Assembly (NCBI GenBank): GCA_022572685.1
Contig: JACZVL010000003.1
Coordinates: forward strand, 1-52,031
Length of the DNA stretch: 52,031 nt
Source of the DNA: Pseudomonadota bacterium
GTDB taxonomy: Bacteria; Pseudomonadota; Alphaproteobacteria; Kiloniellales; J153
Reading direction: 5' to 3'
Below are positions 10,288 to 19,532 of this stretch, in pieces. Each line of letters begins with the position of its first letter. The first letter of the stretch is position 1. Under the pieces are notes generated by a model, which saw only the letters and a program-made list of their open reading frames with translations, was not told the origin of the DNA and made no database searches. A program made the position numbers and the translations under genes.

Positions 10288-11157
10288 ATGACCAAAGTCG
10301 CCTTCATCGGCCTCGGGGTCATGGGCTACCCCATGGCCGGACACCTCAAGAACGGGGGCCACGACGTCACCGTCTACAACCGCACCGCCGCCAAGGCGGA
10401 GAAATGGGTCGCCGAGTACGGCGGCGCCTCGGCCCCGAGCCCGCGCGAGGCGGTCACGGGCGTCGAGATCGCCTTCTCCTGCGTCGGCAACGACGCCGAT
10501 CTGCGCTCGGTGGTGCTGGGTGAGGACGGCATCCTGGCCGGGCTCGGCTCGGGCAAGATCTTCGTCGACCACACCACCGCCTCGGCCGATGTGGCGCGCG
10601 AGATCTTCGGGCTCGCCAAGGACCGGGGCGTGGGCTTCATCGACGCACCGGTCTCCGGCGGCCAGGCCGGCGCCGAGAACGGCGTGCTCACGGTGATGTG
10701 CGGGGGCGAGCAGGCACCCTTCGACAGCGCCCAGCCGGTCATCGACTGCTACGCGCGGGCCTGCACTCTGATGGGACCGGTGGGCTCGGGCCAGTTGACC
10801 AAGATGGTCAACCAGATCTGCATCGCCGGGCTGGTTCAGGGCCTGTCCGAGGGCATGAACTTCGGCGCCAAGGCGGGTCTCGACATGGACCTGGTGATCG
10901 ACGTGATCTCCAAGGGCGCGGCCCAGTCCTGGCAGATGGAGAATCGCGCCAAGACCATGTGCGCGGGCAAGTTCGACTTCGGCTTCGCGGTCGACTGGAT
11001 GCGCAAGGACATGTCGATCTCGCTCGCCGAGGCCAAGAAACACGGCGCACGCCTGCCGGTCGCGGCGCTGGTCGACCAGTTCTACGCCCAGGTCCAGGCG
11101 CGCGGCGGCCAGCGCTGGGACACCTCCAGCCTGATGCACCTCTTGGCCAACGACTGA
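10288..11157 (+). CDS. NAD(P)-dependent 3-hydroxyacid dehydrogenase (3-hydroxyisobutyrate/tartronate semialdehyde reductase family)
   Basis: FIGLGVMGYPMAGHL, DAPVSGGQAGA, catalytic K in TKMVNQ. Confidence 0.92.
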   Translation: MTKVAFIGLGVMGYPMAGHLKNGGHDVTVYNRTAAKAEKWVAEYGGASAPSPREAVTGVEIAFSCVGNDADLRSVVLGEDGILAGLGSGKIFVDHTTASADVAREIFGLAKDRGVGFIDAPVSGGQAGAENGVLTVMCGGEQAPFDSAQPVIDCYARACTLMGPVGSGQLTKMVNQICIAGLVQGLSEGMNFGAKAGLDMDLVIDVISKGAAQSWQMENRAKTMCAGKFDFGFAVDWMRKDMSISLAEAKKHGARLPVAALVDQFYAQVQARGGQRWDTSSLMHLLAND

Positions 11158-11292
11158 ACGGCGCGCCTCCGGGGAGGGGCGGATCGCTCGGCGGGGGCAA
11201 GGGTCGGAGTGCGGCCAGTTGCGATTATGATTAGTAGTGTTATTATTCTTCCGTTCTACCATAGGTAACAATGCGTAGGCGGGGGATTGAAT

Positions 11293-11574
11293 ATGTCGTG
11301 TGAAACTAGAACTTTCACCCAAAGCTACTGGACTGTTTGTTGGAAGTGGATCTTTCCCTATCCGTGCAAGAAATACAGAACCGTCACCAAATGGTGCTGT
11401 GACTTCACCTGGATCAAGGAATCGAGATGGTTCTTTTTCTGTACGCTGGAGGGCTGCGCAGGCGGTCAACTGTATAAATGGACCGGTTTCTGCTTTCTTC
11501 TGCTCGGGTCGGTCTACTTCTACAATGTGACCAAGTGCTTTGACTCTCCTAAGACGTCCCAAGGGAAATGCTGA
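11293..11574 (+). CDS. Small Cys/Trp/Phe-rich hypothetical protein (93 aa, 10 Cys)
   Basis: RBS-like GGGGGA 6 nt before ATG; fills an AT-richer intergenic gap; strongly non-random composition. Confidence 0.7.
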   Translation: MSCETRTFTQSYWTVCWKWIFPYPCKKYRTVTKWCCDFTWIKESRWFFFCTLEGCAGGQLYKWTGFCFLLLGSVYFYNVTKCFDSPKTSQGKC

Positions 11575-11624
11575 GTAGAGGTTCGCGGCCGGGGGTCACA
11601 AGAGGAGCCGGGCAGATCGATTAG

Positions 11625-12458
11625 CTAGCGCTCCGCTGCCTTCACCGCTTGCCAGGCGTCCTCGAGCTCGGCGAGGCTGGCCTCGGTCAGCTCGCGCCCC
11701 GCGTCGGCATAGCGCGCCTCGATGGCCTGGAAGCGGCGGGTGAACTTGGCATTGGCGTGACGCAGCGCGGCCTCGGGATCGGTGTCCAGGTGGCGCGCCA
11801 GGTTGGCCAGGGCGAACAGCAGGTCGCCGAGCTCGTCGGTCACCCGGTCCGATGGCGAGCCGTCGCGGATTTCTTGTTTTAGTTCAACTATTTCTTCCTC
11901 GATCTTGTCAAGGACCGGCAGCAGTTCGGGCCAGTCGAAACCGACCCGGGCGGCGCGCCGCTGCAGCTTGACCGCACGGGTCAGCGCCGGCAGGCCCAGG
12001 GCGATGCCGTCGAGCACGCTGGCCCGGCCACTCTCCGCCGCCTGGGCCTGGCGCTCGGCCGCCTTGTGGTCCTCCCAGGCCCGGGTCTGGGCCGCCACCG
12101 AGTCGACGTCCTCGGCGCCGAACACGTGGGGGTGGCGGCGCACCATCTTGTCGGAGATCGCGGCCGCCACGGCGGCGAAGTCGAAGTCGCCGTCCTCCTC
12201 GGCCATGCGCGCGTGGTAGACCACCTGGAGCAGCAGGTCGCCGAGTTCGTCCCGCAGTGCCTTCTTGTCGCCCCGTGCGATCGCATCGGCGACCTCGTAG
12301 GCCTCCTCGATGGTGTAGGGCGCGATGGTCTCGAAGCTCTGCTCGAGGTCCCAGGGGCAGCCGGTGTCCGGGTCGCGCAGCCGGGCCATGACCTCGATCA
12401 GGCGCAGCATGGCGGCGCCAGGGGGGGCAGGGGTGGGGATCGACCGATCATGGGACAT
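11625..12458 (-). CDS. mazG: Nucleoside triphosphate pyrophosphohydrolase MazG
   Basis: LRDP.TGCPWD.EQ, EEAYEV, ELGDLL twice, RRHPHVF, VGFDW. Confidence 0.95.
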   Translation of the reverse strand: MSHDRSIPTPAPPGAAMLRLIEVMARLRDPDTGCPWDLEQSFETIAPYTIEEAYEVADAIARGDKKALRDELGDLLLQVVYHARMAEEDGDFDFAAVAAAISDKMVRRHPHVFGAEDVDSVAAQTRAWEDHKAAERQAQAAESGRASVLDGIALGLPALTRAVKLQRRAARVGFDWPELLPVLDKIEEEIVELKQEIRDGSPSDRVTDELGDLLFALANLARHLDTDPEAALRHANAKFTRRFQAIEARYADAGRELTEASLAELEDAWQAVKAAER

Positions 12459-12615
12459 GGCGCGCAAGCAGCATAGAGGCCGTGACCGGACCGGCCAAGG
12501 GGCAGCCGGGCCTCCTTGGCGGTAACTGTTGCGGCGCGGTATCATCCCCTCTAGTCTTTGAGGTATCTCGGAAATATGGATGACGGGGGCCGAGGTTCCC
12601 GGAATTTGGGAGACC

Positions 12616-14739
12616 ATGACGGAAGGTTCCGCAACGACCTCGATCGACGGGCCGTCGGGCCCGCGCCTCATGGTGATCGGGCTCGGCGGCGCTGGCGGCA
12701 ACGCGGTCGACAACATGATTCGCGCCAAGCTCGACGGCGTCGATTTTCTGGTCGCCAACACCGACGCCCAGGCGCTGGAACAGTCGCAATGCGAGCACCG
12801 GGTGCAGCTCGGCCGGGGCGTGACCCGGGGCCTGGGGGCGGGGTCCCGGCCCGACGTCGGGCGCGCCGCGACGGAGGAGGCGCTCGACGAGGTGCTCGGC
12901 GCCCTCGAGGGCGCGCATATGCTGTTCATCACCGCCGGCATGGGCGGCGGCACCGGCACCGGCGGCTCTCCGGTGATCGCCCAGGCCGCGCGCGAGGCCG
13001 GAATCCTGACCGTCGGCGTGGTGACCAAGCCGTTCCACTTCGAGGGCATCCGGCGCATGCGCCTGGCCGAGGCCGGCATCATCGAGCTCGGCAAGCAGGT
13101 CGACACCCTGATCGTGATCCCGAACCAGAACCTGTTCCGGGTGGTCGACGAGAAGACCACCTTCGCCGATGCCTTCCGGATCGCGGACGAGGTGCTGCAC
13201 TCGGGCGTGCGCGGGGTCACCGACCTGATGGTCATGCCCGGCCTCATCAATCTGGACTTCGCCGACATCCAAACGGTCATGGCCGAGATGGGCAAGGCGA
13301 TCATGGGCACCGGCGAGGCCGAAGGCGCCAACCGCGCGCTCGAGGCGGCCGAGGCGGCGATCTCCAATCCGCTGCTCGACGACGTCTCGATGAAGGGCGC
13401 GCGCGGGGTCTTGGTCAACATTTCCGGCGGCATGGACCTGACGCTGTTCGAGGTCGATCAGGCGGCCAATCGGATCCGCGAGGAGGTCGATAGCGAGGCC
13501 AATATCATCTTCGGTTCGGTCTTCGACCCGCGCCTAGAGGGGCGCATGCGGGTCTCCGTGGTCGCGACCGGGATCGAGGCGGAGGCGCAGGAGGCGCAGC
13601 CCCGCTCGGTAGCGCTCAGCCTGATCGTCAGCCGCAGCCGAGACGAGGCGGCGGCCGAGGAGCCGGCGGCGGCGGTGGCGCCGGACCGCGAATCCGCGGC
13701 GGCGCCATCTCCGGAACCGAAGGCCGAGGCGAAGCTCGAGCCGGCACCGGAACCGGAACCGGCGCCATTTTCGAGAGTCGATTCCACCGCGGACAAGGCC
13801 GACGGCGCGGCGGCGGCGTCCGGTGGCGCGACATCTCCCGAAAAGGGGCGCGAAACCGGGATGGAACCCGCGGCCCAGGGCGGCGGCACGGCCTTTAAGG
13901 AGATTCGCGACGACGACGCGGAAGGGCCGCACACCGCGACGCCGCCGGCGGGGGACGGTACCGTGGTCGACATCGCGACCCCCACCATGCCCCAGGCCAA
14001 ATCGAAGCGGTTGTTCGGGCCCACCCCGAATCCCGCCCCGAAACCCGCCCCGAAACCCGCGCCGACGAACGCCACACCGGCCGCAGCCACACCGGCTGAA
14101 GCCGCGCCACCTCCGAATCTGGCGCCGGCTACCGCGCCCGATACGGAGTCCGATACGGAGTCCGGCACGGAGGTCGGCGCCGGGTCGGAGCCCGAACCCG
14201 AACCCAAGAAGCGGCGCGCCGGCGGGCTGTTTTCCTGGATTGCCGGGCGAGGCGGCGCCGGCGCGGAGGAGAACTTCGAAAAGGGCGATCGCCATTACTA
14301 CGGCCAGGGCGTGCGCAAGAACCTGACCTTGGCCCTGCGCGCCTACCGCAAGGCCGCGGAACAGGGGCACGCGCCGGCGCAGAACCGGCTCGGCTGGATG
14401 TACGAAAAGGGCGAGGGCACCGAGGCGGACTACGCCGAAGCGGTGACCTGGTACCAACGGGCCGCCGAGCAGGGCCACATCAACGCCATGAACGACCTCG
14501 GCTACATGCACCGCCAAGGTTGGGGCGTGCCGCAGAGCTATTCGGAGGCCTTGCGCTGGTTCCGCGACGCGGCCGAGAAATACGACAGCTACGCCGAGTA
14601 CAACATGGGCCAGATGTACGAGAACGGCTGGGGCGTGGAGAAAGACCTGGACGAGGCCATCCGGTGGTTCCGCCGCTCGGCCGCGCGCGGCCACGAATGG
14701 GCCGCCAAGCGACTCGAGGAGATGGGTGTCCGAACCTGA
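12616..14739 (+). CDS. ftsZ: FtsZ GTPase domain + Pro/Ala/Glu-rich linker + C-terminal SEL1 repeats (FtsZ paralog)
   Basis: [32 protein letters not shown]7 loop GLINLDFAD; C-terminal SEL1 repeats; RBS GGGAG before 12616 (alternative start 12580). Confidence 0.9.
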   Translation: MTEGSATTSIDGPSGPRLMVIGLGGAGGNAVDNMIRAKLDGVDFLVANTDAQALEQSQCEHRVQLGRGVTRGLGAGSRPDVGRAATEEALDEVLGALEGAHMLFITAGMGGGTGTGGSPVIAQAAREAGILTVGVVTKPFHFEGIRRMRLAEAGIIELGKQVDTLIVIPNQNLFRVVDEKTTFADAFRIADEVLHSGVRGVTDLMVMPGLINLDFADIQTVMAEMGKAIMGTGEAEGANRALEAAEAAISNPLLDDVSMKGARGVLVNISGGMDLTLFEVDQAANRIREEVDSEANIIFGSVFDPRLEGRMRVSVVATGIEAEAQEAQPRSVALSLIVSRSRDEAAAEEPAAAVAPDRESAAAPSPEPKAEAKLEPAPEPEPAPFSRVDSTADKADGAAAASGGATSPEKGRETGMEPAAQGGGTAFKEIRDDDAEGPHTATPPAGDGTVVDIATPTMPQAKSKRLFGPTPNPAPKPAPKPAPTNATPAAATPAEAAPPPNLAPATAPDTESDTESGTEVGAGSEPEPEPKKRRAGGLFSWIAGRGGAGAEENFEKGDRHYYGQGVRKNLTLALRAYRKAAEQGHAPAQNRLGWMYEKGEGTEADYAEAVTWYQRAAEQGHINAMNDLGYMHRQGWGVPQSYSEALRWFRDAAEKYDSYAEYNMGQMYENGWGVEKDLDEAIRWFRRSAARGHEWAAKRLEEMGVRT
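14263..14720 (+). repeat. About four SEL1-like (TPR-family) protein repeats
   Basis: A.N.LG.MY..G.G...D..EA..W...AAEQG pattern repeated at about 36-aa spacing. Confidence 0.9.
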
Positions 14740-14765
14740 ACTCGGGCGGCCCGGGTCCGGAGGAT

Positions 14766-14981
14766 TCAGGTCCGCGGCGCTGGAGAGGCCCGCGCCACGT
14801 CGCTGGCCCAGAGGTCCGTCGAGACCTCGCTCAAGTCCATTCTCGCGCGGAAATCACGCCACTCCTCCGGCCGCATCATGAGCTGGCCGACCCAAGTGAA
14901 ATTCTCTCCGACGGCCAGCGCGACCGCGAGCTTGCATTCGATCCATTCGCCAGCCGAGACAATGCGTCCTTCCCATACCAT
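14766..14981 (-). CDS. Small hypothetical protein (71 aa)
   Basis: MVWEGRIVSAGEWIECKLAV...; protein-like composition, convergent on ftsZ, downstream of an AT-rich stretch; no clear RBS. Confidence 0.45.
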   Translation of the reverse strand: MVWEGRIVSAGEWIECKLAVALAVGENFTWVGQLMMRPEEWRDFRARMDLSEVSTDLWASDVARASPAPRT

Positions 14982-15696
14982 GTAAGATAGAATACGTAAG
15001 AATAAATACGATACAACCATTTGTATGGTGTGGGTTTAACTATTTCAATGTTAGGGCGGTCACGCCATTTGGAGAAAAAAGTCGCTAAATTGGCAATAAC
15101 CCTCTGTGATTTCTTCCGACAGTTGTAAACCGATTGTCGGGCCTCGCGCGGCCACGGGCCACCAATCGATTTGCGCGCTGCCTGCGAACCGATTCTGCCG
15201 CGCGCGCCATGCCAATCTGATCGTCGGGGGACAGAAATTGACCATCCCGCCGACAATCTCGACAAGCCGATCGATAATTGAGAGACACGTTTAGAACGTT
15301 CATCGAACACCTTGAAAACACGCGAGGTTTCTGTGGAGGATACCCTGAGACATGAACACGACCCAATCACAAATACGCGCATAATCTATATTATGGAAAA
15401 TTTTCGGTGGTTCTTCGCCCGGTGGAATTATATCCGAGCTCCGGGGTGCAGTTTTCCGTTGCGCATGCCACGCAAGGCTTTATCTATCTTGGCGAGGCCG
15501 CTCTCTGCCCATGGGCGGCATGGCCGGGCGTGTCCGCCGCGATGGCGCCCGCGGCGGCATGGGGCCGGTGATACGGGTCGCCCAGCGGCCGGAACGGTTC
15601 GGCCGATCGTGTACCGGCGCGGGCCGCCCTGCCGGCCCTTCGCCGCCCCTCTGCCGGCGGTGAGCCGAGTGCATGACGCAATATGAGGTCCTTGGG

Positions 15697-16305
15697 ATGA
15701 GCGAAGGCACGGTTTTCATCGTCGACGACGACACCGATCTGCGGGCTAGCATGGTGGACCTGGTCGAGGGCGCGGGCCTTCAGGCCGAGGGCTTCAATTC
15801 GGCCGCGGCGTTCCTGGACGCCGGCAAGAAGTCGGGCGACGGCTGCCTGGTGGTCGACATTCACATGCCCGGCATGGACGGGCTCGAACTCCAGCAGAAG
15901 CTGAAGGACGACCGGGTCGCGATCCCGGTGATCGTGGTGACCGGGCGTGGCGACGTGCCCAAGGCGGTCCGGGCGCTCAAGGCCGGCGCGGTCGATTTCA
16001 TCGAAAAGCCGTTCAGTGGCGAACTGGTGCTCGGAAGCATCCATCAGGCGCTCGAGATCGGCCGGCGCATCCAGGAAAAGGAGGCGTTCGTCGGCGGCGC
16101 CCGGCACAACTTGGGGCGGCTGACGGCGCGCGAACGCGAGGTGCTCGACCGTCTCGTGGTCGGCGATTCCAACAAGATGATCGCGGCGCATCTCGAAATC
16201 AGCCCCCGGACCGTCGAGGTCCATCGCGCCCGGGTCATGGAGAAGATGCAGGCGCGGAGCCTGTCGCACCTGGTTCGCATGGCGCTCGCCATCCGGGGCG
16301 ATTGA
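15697..16305 (+). CDS. FixJ-family response regulator (REC + LuxR HTH)
   Basis: VFIVDDD, DIHMPGMDG, TGRGDV..AV.A.K.GA.DFIEKP, LT.RE.EV, ISPRTVEVHR; alternative start 15673. Confidence 0.92.
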   Translation: MSEGTVFIVDDDTDLRASMVDLVEGAGLQAEGFNSAAAFLDAGKKSGDGCLVVDIHMPGMDGLELQQKLKDDRVAIPVIVVTGRGDVPKAVRALKAGAVDFIEKPFSGELVLGSIHQALEIGRRIQEKEAFVGGARHNLGRLTAREREVLDRLVVGDSNKMIAAHLEISPRTVEVHRARVMEKMQARSLSHLVRMALAIRGD

Positions 16306-16338
16306 TCCTTGATCCATGGACCTTCCGGTCCGGGGGTA

Positions 16339-17115
16339 TCATACCTCCAACACCATGCCGTCGTAGGCCGGCTCGACGCCGGGCGGGCAGCGCCGCTTCA
16401 GGTCCTCGTAGTCGATCTGATGGTTCATGTGGGTCAGCACCGCGCGCGCCGGGGCCACCCGCGCGATCCATTCCAACGACCGCGCCAGATGGGAATGGGT
16501 CGGATGCGGGCGGTCCCGCAGGCAGTCCAGGATCCACAGCTTGACGCCGTCCAGGGCCGAAAAGGCCGCCTCGTCGAGCGCGCTCACGTCGGTCGAATAG
16601 GCGATCTCTCCAAAGCGGTAGCCCAGACTGGTCCCGCGCCCGTGCTGCTGCACGAAGGGCACGACCCGAACGCCGCCGACCTCGAACGGGCCTTCGATCG
16701 GAACGTCGTTCAAGATCGGCGCATACAACCCATCGGGGTCGTGGCTGGAGGTGAAGGCGTAGCCGAAGCGCTGGATCAAGGCCTCCCGGGTCGGCCGATC
16801 CATGTAGGCGTCGACCGGGCTGCCGCGCGCATAGGCCATGGTGCGCAACTCGTCGAGGCCGTGGCAGTGATCGGCGTGGGCGTGGGTGAACAGGATCGCG
16901 TCGATCGGCCCGGTCCCGCTGTCGAGCAGTTGGGCGCGCAGGTCGGGCGAGGCGTCGACGAGCAGGGCGGTGCCCCCCTGCTCCACCAGAATCGACACCC
17001 GGCGGCGCCGGTTGCGCGGATGGTCCGGATCGCAGACGCCCCAGTTGCCGCCCGGGGTGCCGTCGGCGAAGGGGACGCCGCCGGAGCCGCCGCAACCGAG
17101 AACGGTGATCTTCAT
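16339..17115 (-). CDS. MBL-fold metallohydrolase (PhnP-like)
   Basis: LGCG.S.GVP, THAHADHCHG, YSTD, HPTH, LTHM, AYDGM; usual tatD neighbour. Confidence 0.93.
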   Translation of the reverse strand: MKITVLGCGGSGGVPFADGTPGGNWGVCDPDHPRNRRRRVSILVEQGGTALLVDASPDLRAQLLDSGTGPIDAILFTHAHADHCHGLDELRTMAYARGSPVDAYMDRPTREALIQRFGYAFTSSHDPDGLYAPILNDVPIEGPFEVGGVRVVPFVQQHGRGTSLGYRFGEIAYSTDVSALDEAAFSALDGVKLWILDCLRDRPHPTHSHLARSLEWIARVAPARAVLTHMNHQIDYEDLKRRCPPGVEPAYDGMVLEV

Positions 17116-17927
17116 GCCGGGGATTGCCATATCGGAACTTGCGGGCGCGCCGGCCGCGCGGCCTTGGCGAACAGGCGGAAGACGTTGTCGCCGGTGGCCC
17201 GGACCAGTTCCTCGGGCGGGACGCCCTTGAGCTCGGCGAGGGCCGCGGCGGTGTGGACCACATAGGCCGGTTCGTTGCGTTTTCCCCGCTTGGGCACCGG
17301 CGCCAGGTAGGGCGCGTCGGTCTCCACCAGCAGGCGCTCGAGCGGCACCTGCGCCAGCGTGCGGCGCAGCTCCTCGGCCGTCTTGAAGGTCACGATGCCC
17401 GCGACCGAAATGTAGAGACCCAGCTCCAGCGCCGCTTGGGCCAGCCCGGGGCCGGCGGTGAAGCAGTGGATCACTCCGGTAAAAGGCCCCTCCTCACGCG
17501 CCTCGCGCAGCAGCGCGACGGTGTCGTCATCGGCGTCGCGCGAATGCACGATGACCGGCAGGCCGCTGTCGCGCGCCGCGCGGAGATGGACGCGGAAGCT
17601 GGCCCGCTGGCGCTCGCGTGGGGCGTGTTCGTAATAGTAGTCGAGGCCGGTCTCGCCGATGCCCACGACCTTGGGGTGCTCGGCGAGTTCGACCAGGCGC
17701 CGGGCGTCTGCCTCGCCCTCGTCCGCGGCCTCGTGGGGGTGCACCCCGACCGAGCAGTAGACCTCGTCGTAGCGGTCCGCGATGGCGCGGACCGGTTCGA
17801 ACTCGGAGAGCTTGGTACAGATGGTGATCATCGCGCCGACGCCGGCGCGGCGCGCGCGCGCGACCACCTCGTCCAGGTCGCCGTCGCGTTCCAGGTAGTC
17901 AAGATGGCAGTGGGAATCGACCAGCAT
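17112..17927 (-). CDS. tatD: TatD-family hydrolase
   Basis: DSHCHLD, GVHPH, GETGLDY, HSRDA, HCFT, ETDAPYLAP. Confidence 0.95.
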   Translation of the reverse strand: MLVDSHCHLDYLERDGDLDEVVARARRAGVGAMITICTKLSEFEPVRAIADRYDEVYCSVGVHPHEAADEGEADARRLVELAEHPKVVGIGETGLDYYYEHAPRERQRASFRVHLRAARDSGLPVIVHSRDADDDTVALLREAREEGPFTGVIHCFTAGPGLAQAALELGLYISVAGIVTFKTAEELRRTLAQVPLERLLVETDAPYLAPVPKRGKRNEPAYVVHTAAALAELKGVPPEELVRATGDNVFRLFAKAARPARPQVPIWQSPA

Positions 17928-17971
17928 CAACGGTTCTTGGTATTGGTATCAACGACCTCTGGTATAACCGC

Positions 17972-19447
17972 TTACTTCGAGATCGTATAGCCGCCGCCGG
18001 TTATGCCCTTGGCCGCGGTGGTGGCGGTGGCGTTGCCGCCGCCGTTAGCGCGGGCGCTGCCGTTGCCGCTACTGCGCTGGGTCTCGCTCTTGGCCGAGAG
18101 GTTCTCCATGGCGTCGAACAGCAGATCGCGGTCCATGGTCAACGGCTTGCCAACGTACTTGCAGGCCGCGATGCACTGCTCGACGACGAACTTCGGCTGG
18201 AAGTAGGACAGCGGCTGGTCGAAGGTGGCCTGCAGCTCCTGCGCCACAAAATCCGGCACGGCGTCGTCGTAGGGGAGATCGTACTGCGCGCAGAGGTTCT
18301 GGAACAGCTCGCGGTAGCTTTCCATGTTGGGCGCGCCCAACTCCACCTTATAGGGAATCCGGCGCAGGAAGGCCGGGTCCATGATGTCCTCGGGCGACAG
18401 GTTGGTGGAGAACACCAGGAGTTCGTCGAACGGGATCGAGAAGGTCTTGCCGGTGTTGAGCGTCAGGTAGTCGACGCGCTTTTCCATCGGCGTGATCCAG
18501 CGGTTGAGCAGGTCCTCCGGCCGCACCAGCTGGCGGCCCAGGTCATCGACGATGAAGGTGCCGCCGATTGCCTTGAGGTGCAGCGGCGCCTCGTAATAGC
18601 GCGCGTGGGGATTGAAACTGAGGTCGAGCATCTCGAGGGTCAACTCGCCGCCGGTGATGATCACCGGCCGCTCGCAGGCGACCCAGCGCCGGTCGATATC
18701 GTCGATGCGCAGGCCCGCCGATTTGGCCAGCGTCTGTTCCGGATGGGACACGTCGTCGACCGCCCGGTGCAGCGTGGTGTCGTACACCTTGATGATGCTG
18801 CCGTCCACGTCGAGGCAGTACGGCACGTGGATGATCATCTTGAAGATGCCGCCGATCACCTCGGCAATAGTGGTCTTGCCGTTGCCCGGCGGGCCGTAGA
18901 GCAGCAGCGAGCGTTCGGAATTGATCGCCGGGCCCAGGCGCCGGACCAGCTTATCCGGCACCACCAGGCCGCGCAGGCCCTCGATCAGGGCCTCGCGATC
19001 GATAGCCTCGAGGCTGATGCGCTGGCGGTCGATCTGGCGGTGGTAGTCTTCCAGGACCACCGGCGCGGGCCCGATGTACTGGGACAGGCCGAGGGCCTCG
19101 ATCGCCCACTCGCGTCCCTTGGACAACAGATTGAAGCGGAATTCGGAATGCTGGCCGCCGCCGGCCAGGCCCAGGTTCTCGATCAGGGCCCGGTCCTTGA
19201 TCTCCTCCATCAGGCCGTTGATGATCGCCGTATTGAGCTTCAGTGCCTCGGCGAGCTGGGAGGAGGTCTCGAGACCACGCACGTACATGGTCTTGACCAC
19301 CAGGCCGATCAGGTTGTTCAGCCCGATGCCGGTTTCGCGAACCGACCGCGGCGGCGGCGGCCGCTCGCACATCAGCGATTTGGTTTCCTCGGGAGTCATA
19401 GGTTCGGCACCCGCGCGGTTCCGTTGAAACGTCCGGAAAAGATCCAT
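17972..19447 (-). CDS. AAA-family ATPase of unknown function
   Basis: Walker A GPPGNGKT, GGELTLEMLDL, Walker B FIVDDLGRQ, FSTNL, AFLRRIPYK. Confidence 0.85.
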   Translation of the reverse strand: MDLFRTFQRNRAGAEPMTPEETKSLMCERPPPPRSVRETGIGLNNLIGLVVKTMYVRGLETSSQLAEALKLNTAIINGLMEEIKDRALIENLGLAGGGQHSEFRFNLLSKGREWAIEALGLSQYIGPAPVVLEDYHRQIDRQRISLEAIDREALIEGLRGLVVPDKLVRRLGPAINSERSLLLYGPPGNGKTTIAEVIGGIFKMIIHVPYCLDVDGSIIKVYDTTLHRAVDDVSHPEQTLAKSAGLRIDDIDRRWVACERPVIITGGELTLEMLDLSFNPHARYYEAPLHLKAIGGTFIVDDLGRQLVRPEDLLNRWITPMEKRVDYLTLNTGKTFSIPFDELLVFSTNLSPEDIMDPAFLRRIPYKVELGAPNMESYRELFQNLCAQYDLPYDDAVPDFVAQELQATFDQPLSYFQPKFVVEQCIAACKYVGKPLTMDRDLLFDAMENLSAKSETQRSSGNGSARANGGGNATATTAAKGITGGGYTISK

Positions 19448-19483
19448 GGCCTTTCCAGTTCCCTGAAAACTACCCGATAGGTC

Positions 19484-19498
19484 TTAATATCCTGTTAG
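19484..19498 (-). promoter_or_regulatory. CtrA-like box with one mismatch, upstream of AAA ATPase
   Basis: TTAA-TATCCTG-TTAG versus consensus TTAA-N7-TTAA; about 40 bp upstream of start 19447. Confidence 0.4.
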
Positions 19499-19532
19499 TG
19501 ATATGACGACCCCCGGCTCCGCTTCGCAATAG

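Noticed and set aside
12459-13433. N-terminal half of the 602-aa ORF 11625..13433 suggesting a long MazG fusion
   Set aside because: It is the antisense shadow of ftsZ; MazG homology starts near 12458
14020-14205. Short DNA repeats in the ftsZ linker (and the EP repeats at about 28125-28160) as a CRISPR or other array
   Set aside because: They are in-frame low-complexity coding repeats (PAPK, DTES, EP) without unique spacers; no cas genes are present
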